NCBI GenBank assembly: GCA_012295275.1
Contig: CM022668.1
Coordinates: 14,446,001-14,510,000, forward strand
Length of the DNA: 64,000 nt
Source: Chrysomallon squamiferum
Taxonomy: Eukaryota > Animalia > Mollusca
Reading direction: 5' to 3'
The stretch's first letter is position 1. Each line of letters opens with the position of its first letter. The position numbers and the translations under genes are program-made. The notes beneath the pieces are model-generated. The model had not been told where the DNA came from, did no database searches, and saw nothing but the letters and a program-made list of their open reading frames with translations. Below, one piece after another: positions 1 through 14,489 of this stretch.

Positions 1-596
1 AATGTCAGGCTTTATTGATGTGGTGGACAAGCAAAGAATATGATATAGTTTGCTAATTTTGAATTGAGTGAAGCAAGCAGCCATTCAAAATTCGGATGTG
101 GGCACTATTGATTCGATTAGCATGTTCGAGACACCTTAAATTTTAAACTTGAGTCGACTTGAATAAAAAAATAGCTGTGTCAATTTGGCTTTATTTCATT
201 GACTTGTATTTTGCCGGATGGCAATGTTTATAGTGAACAGTTTGTTGGGCCAGACAATAAACCTTTCTTGCTGAATCTGGTGATGTATGTATATAAGTAT
301 AGACGGCTCATTTATGTTTTAGAACTAGGTGGATATATTGTTATATGAATACAAGATAGGTGGGTGCATGGTGATACATGAATGTCTGTATCATTCATCC
401 ATCCATCCATCAATTCATACCAGCTCTATTCTCTTCCCAATTCCTACTCCCAACCCTACTCAACCATTTGTCTATACTTTCATTGATAATTTTTACCACA
501 GTTAATTATATTTTTTAAACATCTGCAATCATTAATCTATTTTTTTTCATTTATGCTGTAAAATAATTTCATTAGCATCAATTAATTGTAAATTAG

Positions 597-1106
597 GGCT
601 GCCTAACGAGGCAGGAAGACTCCAGATTTTGCAGATTCACACTGCAAAGATGGTGGAAAACAACAAACTTGCATCAGACGTGGATCTGAATGAGCTGGCA
701 GCCTTGACAAAGAATTTCAGTGGAGCAGAGATAGAGGTTTTAGTAAGAGCAGCTCAGTCTACAGCCATGAACAGTCTGATTAAGGTACATGTTTGTGCTT
801 GCTTTAACCTTAAAAGCTTTTTTTTATTTAGCATCTTCTCATCTGTGTTAATATCTCTTTTCTATTAAAAGATAATCATAATAGTAATAAATAAATAAAA
901 AGAATAACTATTATATTGAATTAATTAGATAATGTAATTAAATTTAAATAATTCAGTGTAAATGAGATTAGTTATTGTGTGAATTAATAAGAAAATCTTA
1001 TTTTATGCAGGCCACTTCTACTGAAGAGGTTGACCCAGATGCCATAGACAAACTCAAAGTGTCGAGATCAGACTTCATTCATGCTCTTCAGGATGACATA
1101 AAACCA
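597..1106 (+). pseudogene. NSF: NSF copy A, 3' remnant (exon 13 at 597-784 and exon 14 at 1011-1106), truncated after exon 14
   Basis: Exons translate [63 protein letters not shown] and ATSTEEVDPDAIDKLKVSRSDFIHALQDDIKP (NSF D1 lid and linker). Homology to copy D stops in intron 14 (~1200), followed by a LINE fragment. The 5' part lies outside the window. Confidence 0.88.
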
Positions 1107-1380
1107 GTAAGTATTGTCTATAAACTGGATACATTTTTTATTAAAGAAGGGCAGGTTGACCAATTTTTAAAATAAAATAGTTATTTGTTTTAATGTTGCA
1201 ACGGTTGTGTTAATGTATAACCCAGCTGCATTTTGTATAGTATGAAAAACGAGTTATGTGTTAAAATGTGAAACAAATTGTTTGTTTGTTTCTCTGTCTG
1301 TATGTTTGTCACTCTGTATGACTTTCATTTTTCATCTTTCTTTTTTGTTGCTCTCTGTATTTGTCCCTGTCTGTCTCTTT

Positions 1381-2000
1381 ACAAGGCAAAAAATCTGACG
1401 CAATCAACACTCGTGACATAAACATCATCGCTTTCACTGACAAACAAAAAGCAGATCTACTCAGTGAAACTTTCTCGAAATGAAGCATAAATATTCAGAC
1501 TTCCCACCCAATTTTCTCAAAAGAAAAAAAACAACAAAAAAACACATTAGAGAACCTACCAGTTCACGAACATTCTACAGACACAGAACACATGAAATAC
1601 AAAGTACCAATGAATTAAAATATGCCCTTAAAAACAAAAACAAAAAGTACTGCCGCAGGGCCTGACAATATAAGCTACAAAATAATGAAACACTTGCCAG
1701 AAGAAACTATTAATTATACTTGAAATCTTCAGCACAATTTAGCAACAGGCAATATTCCAGCAAACACGCTGAACGTTTCAGTCTGCCTAAAACGCCGTAA
1801 AGACCACACATTACCCAACAATTACACACCAATCACTCGGACATCACACATGTGCAAACCATTGGAAACAATGATAAACACACACCTAAATCAACATTTA
1901 AATGACAACAACTTAATTAGTAAAAACCAAAACGTGAACAACCGAATCACCTGCTTACAAAATTCAGTTAACCAATCTTTCAGCAAAGGATCATTCAGGC
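1381..2000 (+). mobile_element. Degenerate non-LTR retrotransposon (LINE) ORF2 fragment, linker/RT N-terminal region
   Basis: C/A-rich. Broken frames give ELKYALKNK, AAGPD-ISYKIMKHLPE, KDHTLPNNYTPI and TSHMCKPLETMINTHLNQHLNDNNLISKNQ, matching the PGPD / YRPISL / CK-E--I--RL---LE----L---Q motifs preceding LINE RT. Near-identical copy at 35057-35670. Confidence 0.8.
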
Positions 2001-3829
2001 CATGGTTATTAATATTTAAATGTGTGAGTTTTTTTTTTTATGTAACATAATATTGATTGATAGAAGATGGCCAGTATATTTCTGTTGGATATTTTGTTAT
2101 TCCGTGTTACTTACTTACGCTTGAAAACTAATTAACAAAGTAAGATAATGTATTTTAATAACTAAAAGATTAGTTAGAAAGTTAAAGTAACCAACTGGAC
2201 TTGATTAGTTTAGTATTATCTATCAACTCCATTTACATTTATTCTGCATCATTCGAATCGTATATGGTTAATTTATGTAAAATATAAAACAATTACCCAT
2301 GTTCATTTCTTGTTTATATTATTGTTCTCTAGTGGATACTGACTAGTCTTTTCGTATTTTAACCTATCTCAGATCTTTAAAATCTTGTCACGCGACACTG
2401 TTGTAATCTACTACCCTCTAGACGGGATGGGCTGACTTTAAGATATTAATACCACTCAGACTAGTCACTGAGACAGTGTTGTGTGTAATAAAGTTTTTCG
2501 AAAGGCTTAAATTTATAATTATTATTTAAAGCAAATAAGTAAGATAATTTTAATCTCGTTTCTAATCAAGACTGTATGCAGCAATGGCTAACATAGGTGT
2601 ATGGACAATAGTTTTGTTTATTAAGTTTATGTTAATAGCATGGACAATTACAGTTATAAATAGCATTGTTCAGTTTCATATTTAGATAACCAAAACATAT
2701 CTAGTTAATATTTTAGCAATGTAGTTTGACTGCATGAAAATATTGTGTCAAAAAATGTTAATTAGATCATTAATTAATCTGATTTAATTCCAGCTGTCAA
2801 TTCTGGTAAAGATATCGTTATGCTTCTTTTAAGGATGATATTTAAGTATGGTGGCTCTCGAAAAAAAAGTATAAATAAATAATTAAAAATAAATTACATT
2901 ATAATAAATCTTTCTGTATTTCCATCTGAAGTTATTGAATGAATTATAATAATGATTTCTGTATTTCCGTCTCAAGTTATTGAACGAATGTACAGATTTG
3001 TATTTCAATCCATATAATGATTTTCTTTTATATTTGTGATAAATAAACTTTTTTATTACAGAAGTAGTAGAACAATTTATTTATTTTTTAAAAATGTTTT
3101 TTTCTTAGTTATGTCCATTGTCATTATTACTATATTGAACTGTTAGTGTGAGGGTGGGTTTTTAGTGTGTGTGTTTACTAATTTCTGATGCATTCAGTTA
3201 TTTGTGCAGGCTTGGGTGATATTTGTTTTGTTCTTTATTTGTGTGTTTATTTGTAATTGATATATTTGTGTGTGTGTTTTGCGGATATATGTTTGAATGG
3301 ATACATTTAGATACGTGAAGTTTGCTTTTGACAGTAGTGGATGTATGAAATATTTATGTTTTTATGTAGATCTGTGAATGTGTGTGTGTGCGTATGTGTG
3401 TGTGTGTGTGTGTTTTCATGCATGTGTTTGATAATAGTGGATGTATACTTGTAGTTGTGCATGTTCATTTTTGGCCCATGTACTTTGTAAATGTTTTCAT
3501 ATGTGCATACATTTTGAAATTTCACTATGTATGTAATTATATATAATGAGTTGCACTAATAATCTGCTTAATTATTTGTGGTTTTTATATTGAGTGTTCA
3601 GTTGTGTGTACATATTTTATTTGTTGTATTAAAGTGTATGTATACGTGTGTGAATGTATGTGTATGTGAACATGTGTGTGTAGGTGTGTATTTTGGTTTT
3701 TATGAAATGGTGTTTTTTTGGTTTTATTTTAGATATTTCGCTCAACAAAGTGTCCAAATGAAGAGTTGTCTCTGACAAATTGTGCCATAGTGAATGAAGT
3801 AGATTTTAAAGATGTCAGGTTTGTGAAAT

Positions 3830-3877
<48 letters not shown>

Positions 3878-4332
3878 AGAGAGGTAACAAACAATAAACA
3901 CACAAACAAACGCACACACAAAAAGGTAAGTATATGTATCTGTAGTACGTGTAGGTTTATATATGTGTGTATGTGTACGTATGTAGATATATATAGGTGG
4001 GTAGGTGTGTGAGTGTGTGTGTGTGGGTACAAATGTAAATATGTGAATATGACTTCTGGCACGAATGTTTTAGAGCTTTGGTTAGAATGGAATAACCATT
4101 TTGCCCAGTATTAATTTCTTATTATTATTGTAATATTAACTGTTACCACTTTGAATTTCAGGTATATCAAGATGTCTGTTACTCAACACGTCAGTTATCT
4201 ATTTACAATAATGCCACATTATTTTATTGGTCTACGAAAAATAGCTTTCAATGCTATGCATGTTAGTATACACACAATATAATGGTTCTTTGTAACGTTA
4301 GGCTACTGAAATAACAAATAAATAAATAAACT

Positions 4333-4368
<36 letters not shown>

Positions 4369-5859
4369 AAGTAAATAAATAAATAAACCAATAAATAAAT
4401 GAATAAATAAATATCTGGTTTTATATTTGCTTTAATTAATTTGGCTGTTGAAATAATTAGTAAGTGAGTAAATAAATATATAGAACTTTTTCTTTTTATA
4501 TTTAAAAAAAAAACAAACAAATAATGTAGTAATTAAAATTGATTAAATAATTTCCTGTTTTTGGCTTGTTAATAACCATCTTTTGTTTTAATTTTTCAGA
4601 GAAAATGGGCTAGCATTATTCTAAATGCTGAAATACGAGTGGAACCATTTAGTTTTAATACAAGAACTCAGGGTATTGGATCCATTGTTTTTGAAATTGA
4701 TTTCTTGAACAAGAAGAAGTAGTAAGTGACAGCACAGGAAAAGATTTTTTAGTGTTTTAAAATTGAAAAATAAAATCAAATCAGAGCACAGTCAAATTCA
4801 TTTTTATGTTTTTAGAATTTGTTATATCAGCATAACCCATAAATCATTAATATGTACAAATAGAGTGAGTTCCCTTGCTTTTATGACACCCTGTAGCAAC
4901 ACTTAATTCATGAATTCTGTTTTAGATTGCATTGTTATTAAAACAGATTTCTTGAATAATAATTAAAAAAAAGGTACATTAAAAAATGTAGGAATTGACA
5001 GACATTCTAATTTATTTAAAATCATTAAAACAAGGAAACCATGAAGAAAACCGAAAGACAAAAATCATAAAAAAAATGTATCGTCAGAAATTAAGAAAAC
5101 TACAAAAAACAAAAACATCCCCCCAAAAAATAATGAAAAACCCCAAACCTCAAATCCCCCCAAAAAGCAACTTTGAAATATTAATTTAAAACATTTTTCT
5201 ATTTATAATTTGATTTGTTATTACTATATTAAAATAAAATATATTTATGTTTTTTTTTCAGTCAATCTACTGAGATATTTGACAGTGACAAGATGGCTCA
5301 AAAGTTTCTCATGACCTTCAAAAGTCACTCATTTCAAACTGACCAGATATTGGCATTTAAATACGAGAAGAAATTTTTTGCCCTTAAAGTGAAAAATATC
5401 GAAGGTTTTTCTTTTTATACTGTAAAAAAAATCATGCCGAATTGATGATCAGACATCCTATCAGATGTGTAATATTTTATTAATTTTTTCGAAAATGTTT
5501 ATTTTATATTAATATAAACTGGTTTTAGCTTTTAAGATATATATTTTTAAGATATATATATATATATACACATACACATATATACGTTTGCAAATATGAC
5601 TGGTAATTAGAAGCAAGTTTTGTAAAAAAAAAAAAAAAATGGGTAAAACATGTATTTATTTACTTTAATTTTGCTTATTTTGTTTATTTTATTTTTTAGT
5701 ACTGGATTTTACTGCAGTTAAGGAGAATATGGGAGGAAAGCCTAAAAAGGTATTTAAAAAAAAAAAAAATGATATCTTTAAACTCATGTTAAAATACTTA
5801 TTATAATTATAATTGCATACAGACATTTCTTGATCCTACTTACAGAGGTCCTTACATCC

Positions 5860-6230
5860 TTAGATCCATATATATGTTGATCCCTACGTAGTTAGATCAG
5901 TACTTAAGTATATGTATCCATACTTATATATATCCATACTTACATAGATTCATACTTGCATAGATCCAAACTGATATATACTCATTCTTAATAGATCCAT
6001 ACTTATAAAGATCCATACTTACATAGATCTTTACTTTATGTAGATCCATTTTTTTTTATTGGTTCACATATACATTTTTATACAGATTCATATATTTACA
6101 GGGACATGTTCAGAGATTACTCACACAGATTGCTTCTCATGTTGATCTATTCTTACATAGATCCTATTTCTTTTGATCCATACTTCTTATGTCTATTGAT
6201 ATTTATGTAGATCAACACTTCCATGGTTGA
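5860..6230. repeat. Degenerate ~16-bp minisatellite (GATCCATACTTACATA-like) in NSF intron 6
   Basis: Repeated gatccatacttacata variants. Homologous arrays at ~29850-30240, ~41850-42290 and ~60690-61120. Confidence 0.75.
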
Positions 6231-7218
6231 TGTCTGGTCGACATAAACACAAAAGTAACTACACACACAATCTCACTGTCAGTTAAATTAATTTTGTATG
6301 AGTTTTCAAGACAATACTCAATTATCAAGTGGGTTATTTCCAGTATTTCTAAGATTGTGATTCGTTACTGTATTTTAATATTGAGAATAATATTTCTGAT
6401 TACAGGCAGACTTTGGATTTCTGACACCAGATGCTGGAGTTATGTTTGAAAAAGCTGAAAATTCACCTCTAAATCTGAAAGGAAAGTCAAAAGGGTAAAT
6501 AAAAATGATGATAATTAAAATTTTTAAATTAGGCTTTGTCAAATATAATCTATGGACAACAGGATTAAATACTTATTAACAGGCTAACGGTTTAATTAAA
6601 ATATATAGTTATAAATAATTTTAAAAAAGAAGAAATTTCCTCCATGCAAAACTGTTTTAAAAAAATAGCTAAAGATACTTCGAAGGACAATTTTCTCTGT
6701 TCAAATGAATTAGGCCTATCTTTTCTAGTCATAGAAACTTTGTGACTGGTAAAACGTAGATTATGACATGAAGTTTTTGAAAGTCTGCATAATCCAAAAC
6801 GTCACTTAATCCTGTCTTAGAATCACAGTGTTACAAATATTACAATATCACAGGTTATGAGAGTCAAATTTAAATATTAAATATTTTAAATATTTTTTTA
6901 AATGCAGAAATTCAACTTACCAGTCAATTATCAATACAGACTGGGATTTGACAAAGATGGGGATTGGAGGACTTGATAACGAATTCTCTACCATTTTCAG
7001 AAGAGCTTTTCCTTCAAGAGTTTTCCCCCCTGATGCCGTGGAAGCCTTTGGTTGGTTAATCTTTAATTTTATCATTTGTATTTTGTTGAAGATTTTTGCT
7101 ACTGTTATTTCATTTATGTTGTTATATTAACACTATTTCTGAATTATTCTGAAAACTAGTAATAAATTAATAATGTTTCAGTAACTTCTCTGTGCCACTG
7201 TATTCTTTTGTTGTTTAA

Positions 7219-7320
<102 letters not shown>

Positions 7321-7375
7321 TGAGCTTTCATAATAATGCTGCTTATTGTACTGGCATTAATGTATTATGTTTTAA

Positions 7376-7418
<43 letters not shown>

Positions 7419-7616
7419 ATGTGTTTGTGTGTAGTAGCTAGGTTTGTGCCCCCTTTCATAATAATTGCTAATTATTGTACCTGTATTTATATCATGTTTT
7501 AATAAATAAATAAATTAATTAATATGTGTGTGTATGTAAATTAGGTTTTTGCCCCATTTCATAATAATTGCTAATTATTGTACCTGTATTTATATCTGGT
7601 TTTAATAAATAAGTAA

Positions 7617-7669
<53 letters not shown>

Positions 7670-9611
7670 GAATATTACTAACTTGGAAACCAAAATAAGA
7701 AAAACCTAGAATATAAATTTCTATTTCTTTTTTGTTTTAACTTCTCTGTGTCTCTCTCTCTCTTTATTATTATTTTTATTATGTTTTCTTTCTGTGTAAT
7801 TGCAGACAGATAGGTAAGATGTTGAATGCCAGAGAACCAAAGATAGTAAACGGACCTCAGATTCTTGACAAATTTGTGGGAGAATCAGAGGCGAACATTT
7901 GCAGACTTTTTGCTGATGCTGAGGAGGAAGAAAAACGAGTAATTATAAAAAAATGTTTAGAAAACAAATATCTCTTCTATGTGCTGCACTATGAACACAA
8001 GGATTTTTTTTGTTGATGAGAAAAAAGTTTGAGAAATTCAGAATATTTTACTCTGTTGTCTTTGGGAATGTAATTTTTAAAAATGTTTTGATCTCTGGTC
8101 CATGTTTTGTTATTGTGTAGATACAAAAAGATTTTTGATACATTTGCTGTGTAGTAAATGTATACTTTTTTTTCTGATGTAGAAAAGGATGAAAAATGAG
8201 TGCTGTTAAAAACATTTTAACTTTTAACTTTTTGTTGTTCTTTTTCATAAAATCATTATGGTTTACTCCTCAACAGTCTAACTAAATGTGATTTGTTACT
8301 TCTTGAAGAGTCACAGTTTCCTGATTGTTGAAAAATGACAAGCTATCAGTGGATATTTGCTATGTAAATAAAACATTTTCCTTGTTCTCTTAGGTTGGCA
8401 GAAACAGTGGTCTTCACATCATAATTGTTGACGAGATTGATGCCATTTGTAAATCCAGAAGTGGTGTGGCAAGTATTTTAATAAGTATAAGTATTTTAGC
8501 TTTGTGCTAACGTCAATAAATTTCATGTTCCATAAGATTAGGGCAAAATGTAAATAATTTTTAATATGTTTTTAAACTGTCCCATATATAAATGGTTTTG
8601 AGTTGCCCTGTACTTATACAAGTACTTCACTAGTCACAATATGGTGAATGCAGAATCTCAGCATTGTATCTGTATCATTAGATATTTTCATCAGTCCTGT
8701 GAGACAAAACTCTGCGGTGAATAAAGTATAGGACTAATGCAACAGGGTCTAGTAAGAATTTTGAGATTAAACGTTTTGTTATAATTCAGTGTAAAAATAA
8801 ATAATAAAGCCTGGAAAGAAAGAAAGAAACAAAATTTTGCTAGTAATAAAGTATAACAGTAAAATGACAGTTTGAAAAGAAATAATGAAACCAAACTTTA
8901 CTAATAATGAAGTATGACAATAAAATATAGTCTGAGTAAAAAAGAAAAAAAACCCCATTAAGATCTAACTTTGCCACTAATAATGTATAATAGAAAAACT
9001 GAGATCAAACTTTGCAGATGATAAAATAAAACAAAATAGTATTATAATGTGTATGAAATAACAGTAAAATCAAACTTTGTTAATAATAAAGTATAACACT
9101 GCCACTGTGCAATCTGTCAGCCATTTATTTGAAACAGTTCACATAAAAATATATATAAAACAGAAATCATTACTGAGACACTTAAAGCAACATTACGAAT
9201 GCCAGACTCGTCAATATTTAAAATAAACTTCACAACCAGTGTTTCTTTTTTTAAATATTTTTTTTGTTGTTGTTTAATTAAAGTTCTTTTTCTACTTATT
9301 TCCAGGCTGGAAACACAGCAGTACATGACACTGTTGTGAATCAGCTGTTAGCCAAACTGGATGGTGTTGAACAGTTAAACAACATTCTTGTTATTGGTAC
9401 GACCAACAGAAAAGATAGGATTGACGAGGCTTTGCTTAGACCTGGAAGATTAGAAGTGCACGTGGAGATAGGTGGGTAAATTATCATTTATGTATTTGAG
9501 TATAGATGGGTCATTCATGATTTACAGATAGGTAGGTGTATTGTGATATATGTATATATAGGTAGGTATATTGGGATGCAGGTATATAATATAAGACAAG
9601 TGGGTATGGGG

Positions 9612-10122
9612 CAGGGACGGGCAAACTTTTTTTAAATGGGTGCAGGATGGATCTTATAGGAAGATCATGAGGGCCAGAATATGAAATGAGAACAAAAACG
9701 ATTTCAAAATGTGTATTTTATATAAACAGTAAATTCACTTTTAGCAAATGTTAGAAGAGGTAATGAGATGGGTGTTGTTGCATACCATGAAGCAGCAATT
9801 CAATGTCAGGCTTTATTGATGTGGTGGACTAGCAAAGAATATGATATAGTTTGCATATTTTGAATTGAGTGAAGCAAGCAGCCATTCAAAATTGGGATGT
9901 GGGCACTATTGATTCGATGAGCATGTTCGAGACACCTTAAATTTTAAACTTGAATGTGACTTGAATAAAAAAATAGCTGTGTCAGTTGACTTTATTTCAT
10001 TGACTTGTATTTTGCTGTCTCACAAGCCACATGGCAGTGTTAATTGTGAACAGTTTGGCAGGCTGGACAATAAACCATTGTGGGCTGAATCTTGCCCATG
10101 GGCCGGAGTTTTCCTGCCCTTG
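9612..10122. mobile_element. Non-autonomous hAT-type DNA element (MITE, ~511 bp) in intron 12 of copy B
   Basis: Left end CAGGGACGGGCAAACTTTT; right end reverse-complements to CAAGGGCAGGAAAACTCCGGCCC; flanked by near-identical 8-bp duplication GTATGGGG (9604-9611) / GTATGTGG (10123-10130). Right-truncated copies at ~33538-33940 and 1-278; not present in intron 12 of D. Confidence 0.65.
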
Positions 10123-12019
10123 GTATGTGGTGATGTATGTATACATGTATAGACGACTCATTTATGATTTAGAACTAGGTGGATATATTGTGACATGAAT
10201 ACAAGATAGGTGGGTGCATGGTCATGTATGAATGTATGTATCATTCATCTTTTCATCCATAACCTTCATCCATCCATACATCAATTCACACCACCCGTAT
10301 TATCTTTCCAATTCCTACTCCCAACCCTACTCAACCATTTGTCTATACTTTCATTGATAATTTTTACCACAGTTAATTATATTTTTTAAACATCTGCAAA
10401 CATTATTCTGTTTTGTTTCATTCACGGTGTAAAGTAATTTCATTAGCGTTAATTAATTGTAAATTAGGGCTGCCTGACGAAGCAGGAAGACTCCAGATTT
10501 TGCAGATTCACACTGCAATGATGGTGGAAAACAACAAACTCGCATCAGACGTGGATCTGAATGAGCTGGCAGCCTTGACAGAGAATTTCAGTGGAGAAGA
10601 GATAAAGGATTTAGTAAGAGCAGCTCAGTATACAGCCATGAACAAGCTGATTAAGGTACATGTTTGTGCTTGCTTTAACCTTTATTTAGCATTTTTGCAT
10701 CTGTGTTGATATCTTGTTTCTAAGTTTGTTGGTTTTCTTGTGGCTTTTGTTACAAAAAATAAAAATATTTTAGTTTTGTTAAAACATTTCCTGTTAAGAA
10801 TAGAAAATTGAAATTCAATTTTTGTATTTTAATTTTTAATTTTTTTTTTTCTTGCAGCTTTCGGAGCAAAGAATAAATATTTAAAAAAAATATATTTCCT
10901 GTTAATAACAGAAATTTTTAATTTTAAATATGATTCAATGATAACCAGTTTATTTTATTCTTATGGCCATGTTTGTGTATGTTTTAAATTTAAGAAATTT
11001 AATATATAATATCTGTGATATATATTTGTTGATTTATCTTAGTACTGTCATAATTTTTACTTCAGAAAATACAGATTTCCAATTTTCATTTTCACTAACT
11101 CGTGTCTTTGCTCCAAACATTAAACTTTATACAAGTATCAGTATCATATTGAATTAAATCGATAATTTAAGTAAATTAAAACAATTAACTGTAAATGAGA
11201 TTAATTATTCTTTACTAAGCTTGCATCTATGATTTTAAGCAGATATTAAAGTTGTGAATTAATAAGAAAATTTTGTTTTATCTAGGTCACTTCTACTGTA
11301 GAGGTTGACCCAGATGCCAGAGACAAACTTGAAGTGTCGAGATCAGACTTCATGCATGCACTTCAGAATTACATAAAACCAGTAAGTATTGACAATAAAC
11401 TGGATAAATTTTGATTAAATAAGGGCTGGTTGACGAATTTTTGAAATAAAATAGTTATTTGTTTTAATGTTGCAACGGTTCTTATTATTAATTTCACAGG
11501 CTTTTGGCAGCAGCAAGGAAGGACTTAAAACATTCATTACAAACGGAATCACAGAACGGGGAAAACCAGTCACTCATGTACTGGAAGATGGAGATGTTAT
11601 AGTCTCACAGACCAAGAGCAGTGACAGGACACCATTGGCCACCATGTTGTTTAAAGGTTTGTGATTGGCTGTCTTACCATTTGAAATCAAATACCATTGT
11701 TTGTTTGTTTTTTCTGTGTTTTTTTTTAGAAATTTTAAATAACTGTTAGAAGTGTTTTTATTGATGGTTTTGTTATTTCAACATTTTTTCATTATTGGCT
11801 TGTTTTTTTCTATAATTTTAAGTAGCTGACAAGTATGTTGTTGATGGTCTTTGTACATTTTTATTACTGTTGTTGTTATTTTTGAAAATAACAATTTGTA
11901 ATTTTAAAATCTTACAATGTTTTTGATTGGGTTTGTTTTCTGATGATGTTTGAAAGTTGTCAAAATAAATATTACTTCTGATTATACACTCTCTCTCTCA
12001 TTAAATAAATTGTCATTAA

Positions 12020-12312
<293 letters not shown>

Positions 12313-13658
12313 TAAATTAAAAAAAAAAAACCAGTAGTTGTATTTTGTTACTGTTGAAAATACCATTTTAATCATTGTAAGTCTTCTGACTTTTTTGTTG
12401 TCAGATATTATTTCATTACAATTATTACTGTTATTATTATATTTCTTGTTATATTTGTTGTTATTATATTCTTATTCTTATTATCATTATTGTTAATATT
12501 TTTGCTGTTATTATTTTTGTCATAGATGTTATTTTATTATTGTTAATTTTTTAATTAATATTAGTTATTGTTTTGTTATTATTAGTTTTACTATTATTGT
12601 TTTTATTTATTGCTGTCATTATTATTATTAATTTATGTATTACTACTACCACTTATGCTACAACTTTCATTACTGTTGTTTGTTGTTTTTCTTTTCATCA
12701 TCACCTTCATCATCATCATCATCATTATTGTTGTTATTATTGTCATTATATTATTATTATTACTGTTATTATTATTATTATTACTATTATTATTATTAAT
12801 ATGATGATGATTATTATTATTATTATTAATTTTATGATTATGAATGTATTATTATTATTTTTATTACAGATGGATGAGACTGACAGAGCAGAAAAATCTC
12901 TCAACAAACTTGAAGATGAAGATGCACCTGAGAGATGAATACAGCAATCACCTGCTTACATATCTCCAGAAAAGACACTGGACATAATAGAAAATTGTTG
13001 TTCAGTTTTGTATTTTGTTTTTATTTTTTCTTCCCTTTAGTCTTACTAATAACCTTCAATGCTTGTTGTTGTGTAGAAAAAAAGTCAAGATAGATGATAA
13101 ATTACATTGTTGTTAGTTTTGATAGTCTTCTTGATTTTGTATTCTATGTAGTGAATTATATATTTATTTAGCTGACGTGTATAAATAATCGTTTAAAAAT
13201 TCATATTTTTGCAGTTCTTGTGTTTAATGTCACAAACACTAAATTATAATATATCTGAAATATATATTTTTCTCTTCTGGTGTTATAAAGCAATAAAATA
13301 TTTGATTTGTAATTAATTTTAGGCTATTACATTTTGTTGTAAATGATTTTAAAATTTCTTCCCTTAACTGTCATTTTTGTATTCGTGTGTTTTCGGAGTG
13401 CTGAAGTGGAAATAGCCGAACTATCGTTCAGTTGTTGTTTTGCGTACAGCATATTGTTTTCAACGCCATGTTGATTGAGAAAACGATATGTAGGTAAATA
13501 AAATGAAATGGCTGCAAAAGACAGAAATCACTAGGGTGCTGCACGTGCCGTAATCAGGTTTAAGTGCTACGATGACGTTATAGTGGGATCTATACGGTTG
13601 TAACCTAAGTTTCGTTTCGATTTTTCTTAATTTGATTTGACCAGTGACCCAGGGACAT

Positions 13659-13666
13659 TGACGTCA
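13659..13666. promoter_or_regulatory. Full CRE palindrome TGACGTCA (also at 14951-14958, 15777-15784, 16124-16131)
   Basis: Perfect 8-bp CREB/ATF consensus, four times within 2.5 kb of CpG-poor DNA. Three of them lie in a triplicated ~200-bp module related to the region upstream of NSF copy C (~25290-25400). Function not shown. Confidence 0.45.
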
Positions 13667-14243
13667 CTAAGGTGATCCATTTTCTCTAAATTAACAGATA
13701 ACAGACCAACGTAATGTTATGAATAGTATATATTTGAGACGTTACCTCATTAGTGGCTCTTTGCCAAACTTATAATCATAATTTTGTATTCTATGTAGTG
13801 AATTTAGTAATATTCGCAAAACACTTCTTTTTACACACCCTTCCAAACGTCCAAGGAGTAAAAGCCCTAAGCGGAAAGGAAAAAAATAACAGAAAACAAT
13901 AGGCGACAGAAAAACAGAAATGGCAAATCACACACAAACTCTGACTTAGACAAAACACCTGAGGCAGAAGATAATCAACAAAGGACCCCCCCCATACGAC
14001 AACCAAGAAAAACACTACTCGCTCAACAACAACAACAACCCAAACAAACAAAAACCATCGAGACTACACTTGTCTCACTTCAGAAATACGAATATAGGGG
14101 GAAAAAGTCACAGAAAAAGAAGAAGAAAAAACAGGAATAAAATTTACAACTTTTAATTAAGAAATATAAACAATGAAAAATAGATTAAGCACATTGTGTC
14201 ATTTTTTTTTTTTTTTTTTTGGTTAATGTTGGTGGTTTATCAA

Positions 14244-14489
14244 TCATCGAGTTGCGTATTTTGGTGAGACAGTCGTGACTCTGGTCTGGAGCATGGTTGT
14301 GGGTTGAACTGCTTGTGAGTGCTTTCTCTGTAAGTCTGTTATCACAGAACCTTGACAGTTACAACTAGATCTTTTGACGCATTTCGACCACATCTTTGTT
14401 TTGCGAGTTGCATGTTTGGTATACACGAACCCCTCATAAAAGATTTTGTTACCACCCTCATTGCTGTGAATAACTTCCATATTAAACAT
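14244..14489 (-). mobile_element. FLYWCH-type zinc-finger fragment (Mutator/Phantom-like transposase DNA-binding domain), frameshifted
   Basis: MEVIHSNEGGNKIFYEGFVYTKHATRKTKMWSKCVKRSSCNCQGSVIT, then HNHAPD in a shifted frame: the G-x-Y...W-x-C...C...H-N-H pattern of FLYWCH. Confidence 0.7.

Noticed and set aside
5860-6230. Regularly spaced GATCCATACTTAC repeats as a CRISPR-like array
   Set aside because: Degenerate tandem minisatellite with no unique spacers, in a eukaryotic intron, with no cas genes.
13791-14051. Hydrophobic, Cys-rich 86-aa minus-strand ORF (duplicate at 16256-16462) as a small membrane protein
   Set aside because: Reverse complement of a C/A-rich segment that looks LINE-derived; the frame is not conserved between the duplicates and there is no splice or family support.
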